NCBI GenBank assembly: GCA_029838195.1
Contig: JALGVJ010000006.1
Location: forward strand, 64,001-128,000
Length of the DNA: 64,000 bases
Source: Promethearchaeota archaeon
Lineage (GTDB): Archaea; Asgardarchaeota; Lokiarchaeia; Sigyniarchaeales; SOKP01
Direction: 5' to 3'
Shown here: positions 40,344 through 50,823 of the stretch, one piece after another
Layout: each line of letters starts with the position of its first letter
How positions within the stretch are numbered: position 1 is the stretch's first letter
Notes under the pieces: model-generated
Database searches by the model: none
The model's input: the letters and a program-made list of their open reading frames with translations, nothing else
What the model was told of the DNA's origin: nothing
Program-made: the position numbers and the translations under genes

Positions 40344-42044
40344 TTATTTATCGATGGAATCAATAAGACTTTCTATCTTATTTTGAATTACCTCTGGTTT
40401 TTCTGCTTCTTGATCTGCTAGTGCCAATCGTTTTTCTATGTTCTCTCTGTGCAAGGTATTATGTGCACAAAAGGGTATTTCTAATACTCGATTCGGATTA
40501 TCAGGATCGATTACACCGTAATGTACCAAGCATTTGCAAACTCGGTCAAGATCAAAATTATATGCATCTTGAAAGTGCATAGAAGAAATCATGAGATTCT
40601 TAGTTTGTAAGAAGTTTCCCGCCGATGCTAAGTTAGGAGAGAATACCAAGCGTGCAAAGGATTGATAAGTCTTGTTTGTAAAGATTTTTTGAGGATTTTT
40701 GATGTATTTCACGGCACCCGCAAAAAAATAAGCTTTCATCATCTGTCTATAGCTTAAATCCGTCATGTCATCCACAAATTTTCCGATGGTCTGAGCAATC
40801 GCTCCAAAGTTCTCTAATTTGATTCCTTTTAATAATCCCGTTGGTCTTGGTACTTTTCTTTCGATTACCATGTCATAGACTTTATTTGCCCATTTAATTA
40901 ACCCCTCCACATCAAAAAAATTCTCAATCGGCTCCCATTCATTCTCATCATTGATAACAGCAATGGTCGCAAAACCGCAATCCGAATGACTGAGCATGGA
41001 AAAGGGAGGCTGGTTGTCAAACCAAGCTAATAATTTCGTGAATTTTGAAGTCGTGGCAATGGGATAAAATTTTGTAATGACATTATTAGTATGTTTATTT
41101 ATTGCTATTTTTAAATCGGAAGTGGTATAGCGAAGATCCATGAGCTCTTCATAATTAATTCTACCACATAGGGAAACTGGCTGAAATACAATCCCAGCAA
41201 CCACATCTGCATTATCCCGAGCAAAATCTAAAATATTACCAACTTGATCATCATTGATCCCTTTCGCAATCGTGGGCACTAATATGACCCCCTTGAATCC
41301 TGCTTTCCGGCAATTCTCTATTACTCGCTTTTTTAAAGGCCATAAATTTACGCCCCTTACCTTTTTCCATATCTCTGGAGCATCCGTGGCGTCAAATTGT
41401 AAATAAAGAGCATCCATTCCCGCATCTACCAATTCTTTAACGTATTCTGCTGATTTTCCCATGCGTACTCCATTGCTCGTGACCATTACTTCAACAAATC
41501 CCAATTCTTTTCCTTTTCGGATGATCTCGGGCAAATCTTCTCGAACGGTAGGCTCTCCTCCTGAAATCTGTAATAATACGGCAGAAACAGGCTGCATGGA
41601 TCGAAAGTGAGTCATGATCTGAACAATCTGCTCAAATGTCGGCTCCACCACGTATCCTTTCGCACTAGCGTTAGCAAAACATATTGGGCACGCCAAATTG
41701 CAACGATTAGTGATGTCTATTAAGGCAATGCATGGAGCATTCTTATGATTCTGGCAAATCCCACAATCATAAGGACATCCACTTTCAGTAGGTTTAATCC
41801 CGGATAATACGTATTCTGGTTTGGTAGACACATTAATGGTGGACCCGATATCATCCGTAAAGCTCTGCGCCCACATATATTCCTCAGGATCGATGGAAAT
41901 CTTATCTTTAAAATCTCCATGAGCATCACAATGTTTCCTCATCATGACCCAATTTTTCTCTCCATCAACATAAATTTCTGCCGGAATTGGTTCTAAACAT
42001 TCGGGACATAAGCTAGTAGTCTTGCGAATTATTTTATCCGTCAT
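40344..42044 (-). CDS. tes: Tetraether lipid synthase (Tes/GDGT-MAS)-family radical SAM protein
   Basis: N-terminal SLCPEC...KHCDAHG, CPYDCGIC..H, TNRCNLACPICFANA, HSDCG, MHFQDAYNFD..R..KC..HY...IPFC. Confidence 0.82.
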   Translation of the reverse strand: MTDKIIRKTTSLCPECLEPIPAEIYVDGEKNWVMMRKHCDAHGDFKDKISIDPEEYMWAQSFTDDIGSTINVSTKPEYVLSGIKPTESGCPYDCGICQNHKNAPCIALIDITNRCNLACPICFANASAKGYVVEPTFEQIVQIMTHFRSMQPVSAVLLQISGGEPTVREDLPEIIRKGKELGFVEVMVTSNGVRMGKSAEYVKELVDAGMDALYLQFDATDAPEIWKKVRGVNLWPLKKRVIENCRKAGFKGVILVPTIAKGINDDQVGNILDFARDNADVVAGIVFQPVSLCGRINYEELMDLRYTTSDLKIAINKHTNNVITKFYPIATTSKFTKLLAWFDNQPPFSMLSHSDCGFATIAVINDENEWEPIENFFDVEGLIKWANKVYDMVIERKVPRPTGLLKGIKLENFGAIAQTIGKFVDDMTDLSYRQMMKAYFFAGAVKYIKNPQKIFTNKTYQSFARLVFSPNLASAGNFLQTKNLMISSMHFQDAYNFDLDRVCKCLVHYGVIDPDNPNRVLEIPFCAHNTLHRENIEKRLALADQEAEKPEVIQNKIESLIDSIDK

Positions 42045-42187
42045 TGTAGTTTCCTCTATTTAATTATTATTTGATTAGATTATTTTAAAATTTATTTGAT
42101 TAAAAAACCATCTATTTAATTTAAGTTTTATAAGATTGCTCATATTATCTTAAATCTTAAATATTTAATTTTTCAAGTGAAGACAAT

Positions 42188-42668
42188 GCCACACTCTTGC
42201 TTTTTAGCAGAAAATTTTCTTGTTCCTGGATAGGTTTATGAACATGAGAAAACTTTATACCGTACCATTGGACAGCCGGAATTTAAATTTGCCAGCTAAA
42301 AGAATTCTTCAGTTCACGGAATTTCTTACTGAAATAGGCTTTTAAAGCCTCAGAGATTTTAAAGGAGTAACTCTGGTAAAATATTGAATTATTACATGGG
42401 AGAGCTTCAAGCAAGAGGATATAATTTTTTCCTAGGATAGTTTTTCCTCACTTTTTTACTACAACTTGAGGAGATTAATAGGTATAAAGTGAGCGTAAGT
42501 GTCGCAACCAGAAAGGGTGACTCTCTCCTAAACGGGCAAAAGGGGCCAAACGAGCGGGCCCACGCAAACGAAAAAGGGGAAGGAGGGCGAATAACAGCGT
42601 AAATTTTTACGCTAACCAAAAGACAAAAATCCAGGTTTCCCAGTTTAGGAGAGGAGTCTTATTTTTTT
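42188..42668 (+). ncRNA. Candidate large structured non-coding RNA, family unknown
   Basis: No credible ORF; multiple helices including a long bulged stem 42519-42536/42639-42658; TATA-like CTTAAATA at 42156-42163 and a T-run at 42659-42668. Confidence 0.45.
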
Positions 42669-43078
42669 ACATTTTATCTCACATGGGTGTTCTATTTCAC
42701 GTATTTTATTTTTTGGGTTTGACTTTTATTTATAATGTCGTGCTATTGTGTATTAATTAAATTTTACCTTTTTGCGTGTTTTTTTCAATTTTTGTTTTTT
42801 CTTTTTAATAGATGTTATTTATAAGATTATTTAAATTTTTCTCCAAGAGAACATTAATATTCTTCTTGCATTTGGTTAAATTTAAATATTTTTTGACAAT
42901 TTAAAATTCTTATCTTATTAAAGTAATAGGAATGAAAGTATTTAAATAAATCGAACCCGCCGCATGTTCATTTTAAAAAGGAAAAAAGGATGACAAGGAT
43001 GATTCAAGGAGGGGGGTAAAAATAGAGAAATCGTTAAAAAACGAGAGAGGGAGAGAAAGATGTAGGGGAAACTTAGGC

Positions 43079-43393
43079 ATGATATTTTTCTTGATAATCG
43101 GAACCATTATATCATGGATAAACATGGTACTTATTTTACGATCAATGAAGGTGTGGGCTTACTTGACAATAATATTTACAACGATTATGCCTTGCGTGGG
43201 CATTGGGTTAAAGAATAGGCGATGGGCTTATGGATACATGGCAGGCTTTTCTCTTGCCGGAATTCCCTTCATGGTGTTTGTTGATTTATTTATAGGAGGA
43301 TATACTAGTATTACCACTTTTTTCATATTTTTGATAATATGGCTTATATTTTGGAAGATATGGCGAACTGGTTCAATAAGGACGGTGGGCTAA
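43079..43393 (+). CDS. Small multi-pass membrane protein
   Basis: About four hydrophobic segments in 104 aa. Confidence 0.7.
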   Translation: MIFFLIIGTIISWINMVLILRSMKVWAYLTIIFTTIMPCVGIGLKNRRWAYGYMAGFSLAGIPFMVFVDLFIGGYTSITTFFIFLIIWLIFWKIWRTGSIRTVG

Positions 43394-43581
43394 AAGGAAA
43401 AGTGGTGGAAATTTTCTCTGTTGAACTTCGGGAAAGATATTTGGGAATAAAATTATTAACCGGTGAAAGTTCTGTAAGAAGAACGAATTAAGGATGGTGG
43501 ACTGAATTGGACGGGGTAAAAAACATTAAATTTCAAGAAATTCATCGCCATGGTAATATTACGTTCGGCTTTAAGGGTAGA

Positions 43582-44043
43582 TCAGAAGAGAGCCCGCACG
43601 TTTTCAATGAACACGTTCGTGATATTTGGGACTTCCATGAATTTATCTTTAATGGTTTGAGCCGTTAATTGGCCACTCTCGATTAAATCAGCAGTGAGAT
43701 AGGTTTCGTAGAAACACTTTTCCAAGTCATAGCATAGACCCGTGGTATGTAAGATATTGTTGCTGAGGTTAAGGTCATTTAATACTTTAGAAATACCTTT
43801 TACGAGATCGGGAGAGAATTCTTTGAGCTTGATAAGAATTTTTTTAACATTAGCTTTATCGGTTGGGAAGCAACTTACTTTCACTACATCTTCCCGAGAG
43901 ATATAAATAAGGAGATAATAGGGAGCATTCATGATTTCCTCTTTAATTTCGTCGGGAAAGAAGGGGTTTTCAAATAATTGTTGGTTCGTGATGAGCAAGC
44001 CGACGGAGATTTTATTCTTTTCTTCATTATCCTTTAATACCAT
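43582..44043 (-). CDS. Hypothetical protein with an ACT-like C-terminal domain
   Basis: IKLKEFSPDLVKGISKVL...NILHTTGLC beta-alpha-beta pattern. Confidence 0.6.
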   Translation of the reverse strand: MVLKDNEEKNKISVGLLITNQQLFENPFFPDEIKEEIMNAPYYLLIYISREDVVKVSCFPTDKANVKKILIKLKEFSPDLVKGISKVLNDLNLSNNILHTTGLCYDLEKCFYETYLTADLIESGQLTAQTIKDKFMEVPNITNVFIENVRALF

Positions 44044-44327
44044 TTTGAATCACGCTAAAAAAACATTTTTGAAACAATCAAGTTAGATATTTGAGATTAT
44101 TAAAATATATGATTTTTAAGATATAAATATTGTACATTTATTCAATTCGAGAAATTTTTTGCTAAAGGGTAAAATGAGGGGATCGAGGAAAAAACTTTAG
44201 GAGTAATTTAAATATGCTCGTGTAAAATAGGTATTATTATCGTAATATTAACATTTTATATCGAGAGAAATCTCCTTTTATTACATGAAATAAAAAGATA
44301 ATAGAAGGAGAAAAAATATTTGGTTAA

Positions 44328-44819
44328 ATGGTCATGTCAACTAAACAAGATGAGCATGGGCATGGATTCCAATTAAAGGATTTAAATGGAAATGAGAATG
44401 GGGCGCTATTTCATGCGATATATTTTATTGATGAATTCACGGGTTCCTTGTTAGTGAGCAGGAATAACCCTTATACCACGGGCTTTTTCGCAGAAAAGAA
44501 GGAAGATCTCATTTCAAGTTTTTTAAGTGCCATGAACATGTTCATTAATGAGATCAAGAAAGATGGACTTCGAGAAGAGATTCAAGAGATTAATTTTAAA
44601 GACACGAGACTTTTATATCAGAGAAAAGGACGGATTCTTTGCATAGGTATTTCTAATAAGCAAGATTTAGAGGTAGAACGAGCTTTATTAAATAAAATCA
44701 TGAATGATTTCTACTATCGATTTGAAATACAAATTAATACATTTAATGGAGTCATTGATCCCGCAATTCAGCGTTATTCCCATGAATTAGAACGGTTTTT
44801 AATGACCACTCTTCGATAG
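44328..44819 (+). CDS. Longin-like domain protein
   Basis: HAIYFIDEFTGSLLVSR, EDLISSFLSAMNMFINEI, IQEINFKDTRLLY...ILCIGIS. Confidence 0.7.
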   Translation: MVMSTKQDEHGHGFQLKDLNGNENGALFHAIYFIDEFTGSLLVSRNNPYTTGFFAEKKEDLISSFLSAMNMFINEIKKDGLREEIQEINFKDTRLLYQRKGRILCIGISNKQDLEVERALLNKIMNDFYYRFEIQINTFNGVIDPAIQRYSHELERFLMTTLR

Positions 44820-44962
44820 ATCTTTCAATATAATAAGGTTTTATTCTTTATTCCTGAATGACTAATAACACGGAAGGGTATAAAAATAATAGTACTTCCC
44901 CTCTTCTAATTAGTAAAACCTTTTTGACCCCAAACCTTTCCATTAAAAAGGAAAACACTCAT

Positions 44963-45706
44963 TTATTTAATGGGAATTGGTTCACATGAATCGTTCTCCA
45001 ATGAATCTTCCAAGCTAAGCAAAACCAATTTCATGGTACACATTTCTTTAACTTCTTGGAAGATTTCACTACAGTCTTGAGTATCTTTCGAAATCCCGTG
45101 TTTTTCGAGTAATTCATTAAATTTTTTTTCCAATTGGTTGGTAAGTTCCTCTTGATTGTCCAAGTCAAGGGATACGGAATTTAACCATTCGTGAATCTCG
45201 TTTTTTATTTCAAGTTCTATGTCGCTTAAATGAACATATTCTACTTCGATTTCTTTAAGTTTTTCCATGGAATTAAGATAAGCCTCATCCTGATAAAGGG
45301 GTTTTACTAATAATCCGAGGTTTAGAATCAAGGGTTGTGCATCTAATCGTTCCAATGAGGTGGTTAATAGATCTAATACTTGATTTTTTTGAGAAAGATT
45401 ACTATATTTAATATATTCTTCAATCAAATGCAATAATGTAATTTTTATTAATAATTCACCGAGAAAATCTAAAGATTCGAAATTAAATTCAAGAGCTCTC
45501 ACCACGCACGCATGAATTACTTGCATGAAGGGTTGAATATTTTTAAATATTTCAAAATAATGAATGAATTGAGAGATTTTATTTATTACAGTGAGCTTTT
45601 CGGACTCCGAGCTGAATTTTCTTTCGAGAATATTGTCCAGCTCTTTATTTTCAAAGGGAATCCACAAAAATTTTTTAATATTCCATAATTTCGTTTCAAG
45701 GTCCAT
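44963..45706 (-). CDS. Hypothetical alpha-helical protein
   Basis: 247-aa ORF, no recognisable motif. Confidence 0.7.
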   Translation of the reverse strand: MDLETKLWNIKKFLWIPFENKELDNILERKFSSESEKLTVINKISQFIHYFEIFKNIQPFMQVIHACVVRALEFNFESLDFLGELLIKITLLHLIEEYIKYSNLSQKNQVLDLLTTSLERLDAQPLILNLGLLVKPLYQDEAYLNSMEKLKEIEVEYVHLSDIELEIKNEIHEWLNSVSLDLDNQEELTNQLEKKFNELLEKHGISKDTQDCSEIFQEVKEMCTMKLVLLSLEDSLENDSCEPIPIK

Positions 45707-46200
45707 TACATTAAATATTAGAGAATAAGGTTAATAAATATTTTTAATAAATTCATTAATTATTTTATTTATTAAATAGTCATTCAAGTAAAAAATTGGC
45801 ATGTTTTATCATTAAATTTAGAGTAAGTAGTATATTTGTTTAGATTCTTGTAAATTCTTGGAAATTTTCCAGCACTTCAACATTTTCTTAATTGGGTTTT
45901 AAAAATTGAAGACGATTAATTTTAAAAAATCGTGTAAATAATGATCACGAGATAATTTTTTGCCGTTCTCGAGTAACATGAACTTACAAGCGTATAAATT
46001 GATTCTGCCGATTCATTTCCACAATAAAAATGAAAAGATCATTCCCAAGGAATTTAAAAGAGAGAGTGAACCCCTTTTTTGACTTATTTTTAAAAAAGAG
46101 AAAAAAATTCCTTGCGAACTAATGTTCGCTTCTAATCACTAAAATTTTTTCCTTTAATTATAAGATGGATTATATCAAGGGAAAAAAAAATAAAAAAATT

Positions 46201-47529
46201 TTATAAAGGTGTTAAAGCCGTACTGCCATTTTTTACAGCTTCATCTACTAAAGCCATCAATTCATTTGGAGGAATGGGTACCAAATCAAATACCGTCATG
46301 CCGGCCAGCTTGAGTTCTGCTTTCACGGTTTCTGCTAAATTATTACAATCTCTTGAAAAGAAGACTTTCCGCTTTCCAAATGCCTTTTGCAGCTTTTCGC
46401 CCACTTCTTCAATTGCGCAATATCCCGCCACGAGACCTTTCGTATAACCTTCTGCTTTCAGTTTCTCAACCAAATCGGGATCGTGCCCCTTCCCCATGAC
46501 AATGAACCATCCTCCCTTGAATTTTTCGGGATAATCATACGCAAAACCTTGTAAGGTTGCCAAGGGATTATTTTGACACCCTTCAATGCACAAAAGCTCC
46601 TTTCCTTTTACAATTTTTACATTGTCAGGAAATTCTGGTAATAAATTCCATTCGTATTTTTCTTTAAACTCATCCAAACTTTTCCCGATAACGTTGATTT
46701 TATTCAGATCTCCTTCTCCTAATCCCCGTTCATGGGCGATTTTTAAATGTGGCACCTCATCAATGGTTAAGCCAAACACTCTTGCTCCTACGACATCGAC
46801 AGCAACAGTATCTCTTCCACCAATTAGAATATTGAACTTTTTAACAAGTCGGTCTACAAAAGCTGTAGGAGGGTAATGCCCATGGATGGTTCCTTCAATT
46901 CCATCGATGATTGTAATATCAGGGCGAATGTATTCATAAACATCCACGATTTTAGAGTGCAAATTGAAGTTATGGTCTTTTCCACGATCCTCATGGATGG
47001 GAAAGCCCCATTGGTTTTTTATACCGAGAGTGACTCTTGCCATGGAGTGAGTCTTTAATTTTGGAATATTAATATAGGTGAATTTTTCTCGATTTTTAAT
47101 GATTTTAACCACGGTTTTGGGCAATCTAAAATTTTTTAATATGTATCCTTTTGGATCTTCTTTATTAGATGGTTTTCCTTTAAATTCAAATATTTCTGAC
47201 TCTTCTTCATCCAGGTAAATCACGCTTGCTCCAGTTCGCTTGCAGACTTCTTCATAACCGGTAATTGCAAACACCACCCTCGTCATATTGGCTTGCGTGG
47301 AATTTTCCATTACATGAACTTTCGCTCCTAGATCATTTAAATAATTAATGACAGCTTCTAATACCTCGGGAGAAGTATGCACGTGTTTTTTAAAATCGAT
47401 TCCATTTACTTTGATGTACACCTCCTTGGAGCTTGTTAAAATGGGACCCTCTTTTTCTAAATGAGCGAACATTTCTTTAACGGAAGCTTGCAAGCCTTGA
47501 TTCGTATCCATAATATAAACATTTGTCAT
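46201..47529 (-). CDS. DUF362 family Fe-S protein
   Basis: IKVN, INIPKLKTH..ARVTLGIKNQWG, PDITIIDGI, DTVAVD, CIEGC. Confidence 0.85.
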   Translation of the reverse strand: MTNVYIMDTNQGLQASVKEMFAHLEKEGPILTSSKEVYIKVNGIDFKKHVHTSPEVLEAVINYLNDLGAKVHVMENSTQANMTRVVFAITGYEEVCKRTGASVIYLDEEESEIFEFKGKPSNKEDPKGYILKNFRLPKTVVKIIKNREKFTYINIPKLKTHSMARVTLGIKNQWGFPIHEDRGKDHNFNLHSKIVDVYEYIRPDITIIDGIEGTIHGHYPPTAFVDRLVKKFNILIGGRDTVAVDVVGARVFGLTIDEVPHLKIAHERGLGEGDLNKINVIGKSLDEFKEKYEWNLLPEFPDNVKIVKGKELLCIEGCQNNPLATLQGFAYDYPEKFKGGWFIVMGKGHDPDLVEKLKAEGYTKGLVAGYCAIEEVGEKLQKAFGKRKVFFSRDCNNLAETVKAELKLAGMTVFDLVPIPPNELMALVDEAVKNGSTALTPL

Positions 47530-47730
47530 GTAAATTTTTCACCCACTTAATTTTCATGCTATTTCATATTCATGGGAAACATCTTTTTTTTATAAATTTG
47601 TTGCTTTAGTTAGAATTGTTTTAAACTATTGTCGGAAGCGTTGATTTTTTTATCGCATTCATGAATATTTTACCAAATAGATAAAAACCTGCATTATCCT
47701 CCTTCTGAAAAATGATTGGGAAAAATTGGG

Positions 47731-47770
47731 CTACTATTAACTACTATTATTAACTACTACTATTAACTAC
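47731..47770. repeat. Short degenerate tandem repeat
   Basis: CTACTATTAA / CTACTATTATTAA / CTACTACTATTAA / CTAC. Confidence 0.75.
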
Positions 47771-47973
47771 CAATATGAAATTATATAAAAGATTTAAACT
47801 TGAGACGAGAAAGTTTAAGTGGCCTAAAAATCAAGTTTTTTCTTTTTCTCACGCGGTTCCAAGCATTATTTTTTTTAATCGAAGGTCAATATCATCTTAA
47901 TTGTTCTAATTAATTTTTTTTTTAATTCATTATTTATAAATTCAAAAATCAAGAAAGCAGTTTATAATAGAAT

Positions 47974-48753
47974 ATGCCGTTCATTCAATATGAAAATAAA
48001 AACGTATTTTACATGCTGAAAACCCCAGGCACCATGGAATCGCCTAAGCGAGCACTAATTTTCATTCACGGGTCGGGAGGAAGTTCTAATACTTGGAAAT
48101 ATCAGTTGAATGCCTTGAATTTAAACATGAATTTGATTGCGTTAGATCTTCCTTCCCATGCGAATTCCGACCCATTTGAAGAACTTTCTCTCGAGTTGTA
48201 CGTCGATGTGGTAAAAAAATTAATCGAAGAATTAGAGCTGGAGGAGGTAATTTTATGCGGACATTCATTAGGAGGAGCTATTATTCAATCATTTTATTTC
48301 ACGTATCCGAAAAAAGTAAAGGGATTGATTTTAGTGGGGACAGGAGGGCGATTGCGTGTGAGTCCCCTGATTCTGGACTCTTTAGCTAGTAATTACCAAA
48401 AATTTTTGGAAGAACTCCCTTCAGGAGCGTTTTATAGGAAAATCCCCCGGAAAATCATTGAAGAATACGTGGCAGAAACTTCGCAAATACCCTCGAGCGT
48501 GGCCCTTGCCGATTTTCAAATTTGTGATGCGTTTGATACATTGGACAAGACGGAAACCATTGATGTCCCTTGTCTGATCATCTGCGGGAAGCAAGACCAC
48601 CTCACGCCCGTAAAGTATTCCAACTATTTTCATGATAAAATAAACATTTCCGAATTAGTAATAATTAATGGAGCCGGGCACATGGTCATATTGGAAAAAC
48701 CAAAAGAATTTAATAGTGCTATTGAATCATTTATTAAAAAATATTTTTCATGA
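47974..48753 (+). CDS. Alpha/beta hydrolase
   Basis: FIHGSGG, GHSLGG nucleophile elbow, GKQD, AGH. Confidence 0.92.
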   Translation: MPFIQYENKNVFYMLKTPGTMESPKRALIFIHGSGGSSNTWKYQLNALNLNMNLIALDLPSHANSDPFEELSLELYVDVVKKLIEELELEEVILCGHSLGGAIIQSFYFTYPKKVKGLILVGTGGRLRVSPLILDSLASNYQKFLEELPSGAFYRKIPRKIIEEYVAETSQIPSSVALADFQICDAFDTLDKTETIDVPCLIICGKQDHLTPVKYSNYFHDKINISELVIINGAGHMVILEKPKEFNSAIESFIKKYFS

Positions 48754-49565
48754 ACTGGAACTTCATGGTTAGAGAATATACATACGGGCCGTTTCCTAGT
48801 CGCCGTTTAGGGCTTTCTTTGGGCGTTGATATTCTTTTAAGAAAAAAAACGTGCTCGTTTAATTGCGTGTATTGTGAAATTGGTCCTACATTAAGAAATA
48901 ATTGGGTATCTCCTTTTCATGAAGTTAAAAGAAAGCCTTCACCTAATTTTAGGAAAGAATTATCATCAATTTTGAGATATTATCCCCACTTGGATTCGAT
49001 CACGTTTGGTTATAATGGAGAACCGACATTAAATCCTCATGTAGACGAATATCGGAGGATTGCAAGTAGCGTGAGAGAGGAATTTTCGTGGCAAAAAACC
49101 CCTCCAAAAATAACATTATTCACGAACTCCAGCACCTTATTTCGAGAGGAGGTTCGGGAGAAAATTATACATTTTGATTTAATTTTAGCAAAATTAGATG
49201 CTGCGAATGAGGTAGATTTTCAAGAAACAAACCAGCCTCATGAAGAAGTGCCTTCAATTCATGAGATCATTGATTCTTTAGCTCTTTTAAGAAAAGAATT
49301 GCCTCCTGGCAAGGAATTGGTGCTTCAATGCTTATTTTTTAATTCCTATAGAAAAGATCGTCCTTCTAATAATAATTCCAGGAACCTCCAGTCCTTGATT
49401 AAAGCTATCAAAAAAATTAAACCTTCACGAGTTCAAATCTACACCATTGGAAGAATCCCTTCAGAGCCTCACGTGCATGCGCTCTCTCCCGTTGAAATTT
49501 TTAATATTGCAGAAACGATTGAGCGAGGAATAGAAGATAAATCAATAATAATAAAGCCCTATTAA
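48750..49565 (+). CDS. Radical SAM protein (COG0731-like)
   Basis: YGPFPSRRLGLSLGVD, CSFNCVYC, GEPTL. Confidence 0.88.
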   Translation: MNWNFMVREYTYGPFPSRRLGLSLGVDILLRKKTCSFNCVYCEIGPTLRNNWVSPFHEVKRKPSPNFRKELSSILRYYPHLDSITFGYNGEPTLNPHVDEYRRIASSVREEFSWQKTPPKITLFTNSSTLFREEVREKIIHFDLILAKLDAANEVDFQETNQPHEEVPSIHEIIDSLALLRKELPPGKELVLQCLFFNSYRKDRPSNNNSRNLQSLIKAIKKIKPSRVQIYTIGRIPSEPHVHALSPVEIFNIAETIERGIEDKSIIIKPY

Positions 49566-49809
49566 ACTAAGGCCTTGATTAAAAGTTTCAAAAATGAAAG
49601 CAGGACAATACGAGTTCAAAGTAAGCACACGTTAAAAGCACATGAGCCCATCATGTCATTCAAATTTATATACGCTCGTTATCAATTGCAATTAGTACTA
49701 ATTAACACGTAAGGAGCAAAGGCAAAGGGATAATTTCATAAAACCAAAATTTAATATGAAGAAAAAAATTCCTCTATGACATTAGAGCAATAAATAACTC
49801 AGAAGAGCC

Positions 49810-50823
49810 ATGAACGATAGGAATTATTTCATTGGTGCGGATATAGGGGGTACATGGATTCGGGTAGGGGCGTGTACTTCTGATTTAAAAGAAGAGAATT
49901 TGACTATCAAAACAGCTCCTACTCTTAAAGAGAATAAATTCTCGATTAGTAGTACGGTATGTGAATTGATCTCGGAGATCATGGAAGAGAAGGGAATTTC
50001 TAAAGAAAATATTGCTGGAATTGGAGTAGCAACGGCGGGACCCATCGATATGGAAAAAGGGGAGGTCTTTAATAATGCAAATTTGGGGTTTAAAATAATT
50101 CCCTTGAAAGAGCCCATTACGGGAACATTTCCAGGCATTCCTTTTTTCATCATTAATGATTGTAATGCTGCCGTGTTAGGAATACATTATTTTGAAGCGG
50201 AAGAGAGGGAAAAAGATAATATCGTGTACATCACGGTATCCACGGGAATTGGAGGAGGTGTAATATGTAATTCTCATTTATTATTAGGCAAGGAAGGAAA
50301 TGCCGCAGAGATAGGACACGGAAAGGTCGCTCCAAAGAGTCCTCATCTTTGCAATTGTGGAGCCAGGGGATGTTGGGAGGTATATAGCTCCGGTACAGGT
50401 GTACGAAATAGAGCTTTAGAACAACTTGAAGAAGGAATTTACAATTCCGAAATCTTATTAAAAATAGTGGAGGGCGAAGTTTCAAAAATAACGGCTAAAG
50501 AAATCTTTCAAGCAGCTCGAGAAGGAGATGAATTGTCAAAAAAAATTGTTGATGATTGCATTTTCTACATGATGGTAGGAATTGGCCTTGTAAATAATTT
50601 TTACGATTGTTCTACCATTTTTTTCGGAGGAGCCATGATGAAAGATAGTGAGCAACTCCTGCCTCCCATTATCAAGCAATTCGAAGAAGATCCCATACAA
50701 TTCACGATTAATCATCCGCCAAAACTTAAATTAACCCGATTAGGAGATGAAGTAGGCTTAAGAGGAGCATTAACGCTAGTAAAATATAAATTAGAGAAAA
50801 ATCCCATAGTTCCCTTGGAGTAA
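49810..50823 (+). CDS. ROK family sugar kinase
   Basis: GADIGGT, NDCNAA, STGIGGG, EIGH, CNCGARGCWE. Confidence 0.93.
   Translation: MNDRNYFIGADIGGTWIRVGACTSDLKEENLTIKTAPTLKENKFSISSTVCELISEIMEEKGISKENIAGIGVATAGPIDMEKGEVFNNANLGFKIIPLKEPITGTFPGIPFFIINDCNAAVLGIHYFEAEEREKDNIVYITVSTGIGGGVICNSHLLLGKEGNAAEIGHGKVAPKSPHLCNCGARGCWEVYSSGTGVRNRALEQLEEGIYNSEILLKIVEGEVSKITAKEIFQAAREGDELSKKIVDDCIFYMMVGIGLVNNFYDCSTIFFGGAMMKDSEQLLPPIIKQFEEDPIQFTINHPPKLKLTRLGDEVGLRGALTLVKYKLEKNPIVPLE

Noticed and set aside
42534-42570. GGGCAAA-stem-ACGCAAA resembling the first arm of a c-di-GMP-I riboswitch
   Set aside because: No GNRA tetraloop, no receptor-containing second hairpin, and no gene immediately downstream.
42498-42613. 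tmRNA-like look: ...GCAACCA, then GGGGCC, then GCA AAC GAA...GCG TAA (ANEKGEGGRITA*) with the stop in a hairpin
   Set aside because: No 7-bp acceptor stem with G3-U70, no T-arm, no resume-codon upstream motif; tmRNA is not known from archaea.
42407-42619. 70-aa minus-strand ORF from the track
   Set aside because: Atypical composition, no SD or motif; better explained by the local GC-rich structured sequence.
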